Source: Mustelus asterias (taxonomy: Eukaryota). Taken from it: a stretch of DNA of 45,000 nucleotides. The notes under the pieces are model-generated. The model saw nothing but the letters and a program-made list of their open reading frames with translations. It had not been told where the DNA came from and ran no database searches. A program made the position numbers and the translations under genes. The DNA lies in assembly GCF_964213995.1 (NCBI RefSeq), contig NW_027591173.1:62001-107000 (forward strand), read 5' to 3'. Positions 39,401 to 45,000 of this stretch are shown here, piece after piece (position 1 is the first letter of the stretch; each line of letters begins with the position of its first letter).

Positions 39401-39745
39401 ATGAAAAAGATTGGTCCCAAACATGTTAAATGTCAGTACTGATTGGAGGAGCCGAGTGGCTTCTCTTCTCCCGATTCTTATTTTCTTAAGAGGAAATCTC
39501 TAAGGAAGGATGAAGACAGAATGGAAGGGACAGGTTACGTTAGCCTGGTGATCAGAAAGCAGCTGCCTTCTTTATATGTGATACAACTTTCTTCAATTGC
39601 CACCTCAGTGGAATAAAAGGGAAACTCGTGGTAGTTTTCTTACAGAGCTGCCGAAGACCAATTTCACCTCACAAGTCAAGGCGAAAAATTCTGTGATGAA
39701 AATATACATTTCGATTTGTAATTTAAACCAAACCTTTTGGATTTT

Positions 39746-41868
39746 CTACTTTACTATGCTTACAACGAGACTGCCAATATATTTTGCTGCATGTTTCAAT
39801 TCTCCTCGGAATTTCCTCTGCGTCACTGCATAAATACACGTGTTAGTGCAACAGCTCAGCAGCTGCAGCATGTTTCCACTTTCTTGGCGAATGAATTTTG
39901 GGTCATTGAAATTGGATCCTCCGAAATATGCTTCATTTGTAATTTTCACATAGAGGAAATCCACAACGTATGTCATCCACAACAGAATGAAACTTCCCGA
40001 GATGGCGAAGAGTAAAACAACAGATTTCTTCCTGTTCTTCATTTCTGGATCACTCTGATTATCTGCACTGCTGTGAGCCCGGAGTCGACGGCGGGATCTA
40101 CTGGCCGCCAGGATGTGTCTGACGGTCAGTGCATTAAACAACAAAATCAGAAGGAATGGCAGAATGGGATTTAATATACGTGCAAACCAATCATAGGCTG
40201 TCCATGAGAAGGAAGTGTAGAAAGCTGACTTTATATTACAAAACCATGGCACATTGTTCATTATATAGAGCGGTTCATACATAAAATACCAGGGAATGCT
40301 TTTTAAACAACTCAGCAAACAGACCATTCCAATCACCACAGCTGCTGTTTTCTCGGTGCAATAGTTTGCTTGTAGTGTCTGGCAGCAAATTGCTACATAA
40401 CGATCAAAGGTGAAAACGACGGTTAACCAGACAGAACTCTCCGTGGCTGCATAGATTATCACAGTACTCAGAGTACAGGCTGGAGTCAACGACATAAAAC
40501 TTACTGGAAAATAAATGCCAATAATCCGGTTGAATATCACAGCGGTGACAACGACAAGGAGATCCGTCACTGCCATGGAAACCAGATATCGAGTGATGCA
40601 TTTGGAGAGACCACACCTTCCTCGGGAGAGGATCACAATCGCCATCAAGTTAACTGAGAGCAAAAGCAAAATTAAAGTTGTAAATTTATTCAACAAATTC
40701 CAAGCACACGCATGGGTGCTGCGGGGTTTTTTGTGACACTTTTGCTGGTTTATCTTCGTTATGGAAGACAGCTATTCTTGGCTTTTCAAGGTTAATTATA
40801 TTTCAAAAAGAGCTACAAGGGCAGACTCCATTTATGTCGCAAATTTAACGCAAAGGGTGTCTCAAGTCGCTTCACAGGAAAGCAATGCAGCAAAATTTGA
40901 CACCTAATAACATGAGGCGATATTAAGTTAAATGCTGAATAACTTGACAATGAGATACACTTAAGGAAACTATATAATGAGCACAGTGAGGAAGAATGGC
41001 AATGGCAGCAATTGCAATGTTTGGGACCGAAAGGCTGTAGATCTCCGGGTTGCATGTAAAATTCGGCATTCAAGCTTTGGACCATGTAACAGATAAGCAG
41101 AATATCCTGTAAATACGCTTGACATATTAGTTACACCTGTGTGGTTAAAATGTATAATGTGATAAGGATTTGGTTTGGCTTGTTAGGATTCCACGGGAAT
41201 ATATTCAGTAAGTATGATGTGTCAAATTAACACAATTTAAGGAGCATCAGATGTGTTTTAATCAGAAATCCCGCTTGCTGGGAAAATACATTTCCAATCT
41301 GTTGAGCAATGACACTAATTGTTCCGTAATGAGAAGTGAAAAAAAGGATATATATTGTCTGGAGTTTCGAAGAGTAAAGGCGATCTTGTTGAAACAAACA
41401 AACTTCTCGAAAGGCTTGACAGAGTGAATACTGGAAGGTTGTGCCCGCTGATTTTGGAATCATGCCCAAAGATTGTATTGCTGGAAATGTTTTCTCACGT
41501 TTCCCCCTGTAGCTGAATGCCCAGGAACTATAGGTTACAAAGATATGAAAAATCTTGCCTCGGTATATGCATGCTGGCAAGAACAGCCACAGAGTATTGA
41601 ATGTGTCAGAGACTTAATGAGTAAGGCTTACGTTTAAGTAAAATACATATTTCAGTGATGAAAAGACAGGCTACCACTGAGCAATAATGTTTTAGAAGAA
41701 ACCTGGAAACAATTATGTCATGTTCTTTATTACCATAATGAGCGCTAACTTCATAAATTAATGATGCGTCAAGTTAATGATTTAGTACCACGACTTACCT
41801 GGAACTCCAATGGCAGCAAGAATTGGATAGTAAATGGCATAAACTACACCAGATATTCGCCCGTGCAT
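39746..41868 (-). CDS. Rhodopsin-class orphan GPCR, GPR139/GPR142-like, 325 aa (exon 41868-41799, exon 40653-39746)
   Basis: First coding exon MHGRISGVVYAIYYPILAAIGVP + G/GTAAGT, acceptor ctctcag, phase 1 giving GVPVN. Motifs YLVSMAVTDL, SVWLTVVFTFDRYVAIC, PFLLILLFN and NTCIY, with seven hydrophobic segments. An acceptor-like sequence just before the ATG suggests a further 5' exon. Confidence 0.9.
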
Positions 41869-42269
41869 TCTGTATGAGAAAAGATGACAGTTAAACACAA
41901 AGATTCTCTGTTACAAAGTCACAGGCACCCACATTAATACTGTTGGAAATCTACAGGGACGCAATTACTTTCCAACATTATTTACACTTACTTGAACAAA
42001 CAGATTCAGCACTCATTTTCCATGTTCATTCTGGGAGGGGTTAGCATATTGCGATATTCCAGGGAGGGGACGATCTAGTCTTTATGTCTCCTGCCGCCTG
42101 GGTAATTTTGAGTTGAATTACTTAATACTTGGGCAAAAGTAACGGATGCTTATCATGTGAAATGTTCATTATAATGATACAGCTAAAAAATATTACAGCC
42201 ACGAGGCAGCAGGCAGCATAGCTCAGTGACATTAGAACAGATGAAAATCGGAATGATAGTAAGATTTAA

Positions 42270-42453
42270 AAAACTACTGAAGCTGGAATCTGGAACAAAA
42301 ACAGAAAATGCTGAAAAATCCCAGCAGGTCTGACAGCATCTGTGGAGCGAAGCGGTCTGACAAAGGGTCATTCAGACTCGAAACGTTGGTTCTATTTTCT
42401 CTCTGCAGATGCTGTCAGACCTGCTGGGATTTTCCAGCATTTTCTGTTTTTGT
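42270..42453. mobile_element. PLE-derived palindrome (48-bp arms, 1 mismatch) with a hammerhead-like core in the loop
   Basis: Arms at 42295-42342 and 42406-42453. The loop contains CTGACAA-A-GGGTC-ATTCA-GACTC-GAAAC (42357-42384). Confidence 0.65.
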
Positions 42454-43374
42454 ATCGAATTGACAGTGACAGTCACATGCTATCGAATGGCCTCATATAA
42501 CAGAAGTAGGAGTCCCATGCAACATATAAGTTCCTCACAAAATGTAAGTCATTCCCAGACAGTACAAACGATGCCGACAGACTCCACCGACCATCACGTC
42601 ACAATAGCATGCATTCTCACAAACACATTCACACAGCACCGGAAACATCATGAAACTGCCCAATGCCACCACGTGGGAGCTGTCAAAAAATCCGACAGAA
42701 GAACATATGGAAATTAATAGATATGTTGATAACAATCCCAGCCCTCTTGACTATTCCAGTCGTTTCTTTCCATGTTTATTTTTCTCTGGACCCCATTTCT
42801 ATTGTGCTAGCTAGATTCTCCTTGTTTTTTGGTGGTTCTAAAGCTCTGGTTATTTATTTCGTAGTCGTTATGTCATTCATGAATTCACTAGGCTCTCTCT
42901 ATAATATTGCTTCATCATGGTCCCCTGTTTGATTAGGATACAGGGATAAACAAAATCGAAATCGTCTCTCCCGTCGCGGTATTACGTTACATAATAGCAT
43001 GCACCCCTCAGAAAGCATTCATTTTGCTTTGCATGTCGATTGTTTGAAATCAGTTTTAATGGACCCAAACATTCATTCCCTCCACCACCAATGCAGCCGT
43101 CTGCATTACATACACGATGCACTGCAGGAACTCACCAAGCCTCGTTAAGCGGTACATTTCAAGCACACAACAGCTGAAACCGAGGAGGACACATCGGAAC
43201 ACTATCACTTTCCAGACTTGGAAATGTACTCGATTCCTTCACTGTCCCCTGGAAAATATTCTGGAATTCCCTCCCTAGCAGCGCTGTGGGTTTACGTACA
43301 CCGCAGCGACTGCAACCTTTCAAGAAGGCGGTTCACCACCACGTTATCAAGGGCAATTAGAGATTGGTAATGTC

Positions 43375-44731
43375 TACTGGAATAGGCCCGTGAGCCTCAC
43401 ATCTGTCGTGGGTAAGTTGTTGGAAGGTATTTTGAGAGACAGAATCCACAGGAATTTAGAGACGCAATGACTGATTAGGGAGAGTCAGCATGACTTTGTG
43501 AGGGGAAAATCATGTCTCATAAATTTGATTGAGTTTTTTGAAGAGGTAACCAAGAAGGTAGATGAGGGCAGTGCAGTCGACGTTGTCTACACGGACTTCA
43601 GCAAGGCCTTTCACAAAGTACCGCATGGTCGGTTGTTGCATGAGGTTAAATCTCACGGGATCCAGGGTGAGGTATCTAAATGGATACAAAATTGACTTCT
43701 TGATGGAAGCCAGAGGTTGGTTGTAGAGGGTTGTTTTTCAAACTGGAGGCCTGTGACCAGCAGTGTGCCTCAGGGATCAGTGCTGGGTCCACTGTTATTT
43801 GTCATTTATATTAATGATTTGGATGAGAATATAGGAGGCATGGTTACTAAGTTTGCAGATGACAGTAAGATTGGTGGCATAGTGGACAGTGAAGAAAGTT
43901 ATCTTCAATTGCAACGGGATCTTGATTGGGCCACTGGGCTGCCGAATGGCAGATGGAGTTTAATTTAGACAAAGGCGAGGTGATGTATTTTGGTAGTTTG
44001 AACCAGGGCAGGACTTACTCAGTTAATGGTAGGGCGTTGGGAAGCGTTACAGAACAAAGTGGACTCAAGTGGAGTCTCAGGTGGGCAGAGTGGTGAAAAA
44101 GGCATTCGGCATGCTTGGATTCATCGGTCAGAACATTGAATACAGGAGTTGGGACGTCTTGTTGAAGTTGTACAAGACATTGGTGAGGCCACACTTGGAA
44201 TACTGTGTGCAATTTTAGTAACCCTATTATAGAAAGGATATTATTAAACGAGAAAGAGTGCAGAAAAGATTTACTAGGATGCTACCGCGACTTGATGGAT
44301 TGAGTTATAAGGAGAGGCTGGATAGACTGGTACTTTTTTCTCTGGAGCCTATGAGGCTGAGGGGTGATCTTATGGAGGTCTTTAAAATAATGAGGGGCAT
44401 AGACCAGCTAGATAGTCAATATCTTTTCCCAGACTTGCAGAGTCTAAAACTAGAGGGCATAGGTTTAAGGTGAGAGGGGACAGACACAAAAGTGTCCAGA
44501 GTGGCCTTTTCTTCACACAGAGGGTGGTGAGGTAGTAGTGGAGGCGGGTACAATTTTGTCTTTTAAAAAGCATTTAGATAGTTACATGGGTACGATGAGT
44601 ATAGAGGGATAAGGGCCAAATGCGGGCAATTGGGATTCGCTTAGTGGTTTAAAAAAAAAAGGGCGGCATGGACAAGTTGGGCCGAAGGGCCTGTTTCCAT
44701 GCTGTAAACCTCTATGACTCTATGACTCTAC
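43375..44731 (+). mobile_element. CR1 LINE, 5'-truncated, decayed RT to 3' tail
   Basis: KSCLINLIEFFE, YTDFSKAF, VPQGSVLGPLLF, FADD and RLRGDLMEVFK motifs. Tail CTCTATGACTCTATGACTCTA. Confidence 0.92.
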
Positions 44732-45000
44732 TGGCATCGCCAGCGAAGCCCACATGCATTGAATCAATAACAATAAATAATCTATTCGAAACCAAGTCGA
44801 GCATGCCACCCACAACTGTCGATCACCTGCTGAAATTCTGGATTCTCGCTGCCGGGAGTTTCGACTGAAAATTCACAGCTCAGTTCCCCATTTAAATACT
44901 GGAGTTTCATTTTAAACTGTGGGCGTGGCCGAATTCACCGATGTTCGGGTCTGAAAGACTTCAGTGCAGCTCTGAGAGCCAGTCTCCCAGAGCAGTCCAG

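Noticed and set aside
40654-40696. MLNKFTTLILLLLS start of the GPCR ORF, resembling a signal peptide
   Set aside because: It is the translated polypyrimidine tract; the true first coding exon is 41868-41799.

Overview
Eukaryotic, cartilaginous-fish (shark-type) genomic DNA, inferred from HE1-like SINEs, CR1 LINEs, Penelope-type hairpins and a GPR139-like receptor. From left to right: (1) 1-14688, a tandem satellite of about 260 x 56-bp monomers with a 6531-bp higher-order duplication. Each monomer is a 28-bp 12-spacer RSS-like motif (CACAGTG-12 bp-GCAG(A/T)AATC) plus a 28-bp flank. (2) A C2H2 zinc-finger gene (18221-19090). (3) A nested CR1 patchwork (20045-25095). (4) Five T-cell receptor alpha/delta-type V segments (25417-36000): one apparently functional, one open but lacking Cys23, two single-exon leader+V segments (one inverted and decayed) and one 5' fragment. 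The three complete plus-strand segments carry well-formed 23-RSSs, and strong CTCF-like motifs lie nearby. (5) A two-coding-exon GPR139/142-like GPCR on the minus strand (39746-41868). (6) A further CR1 fragment. No D, J or C segments were seen. The most striking observation is the 12-RSS-like satellite about 12 kb from 23-RSS TCR V genes, a 12/23-compatible pairing.
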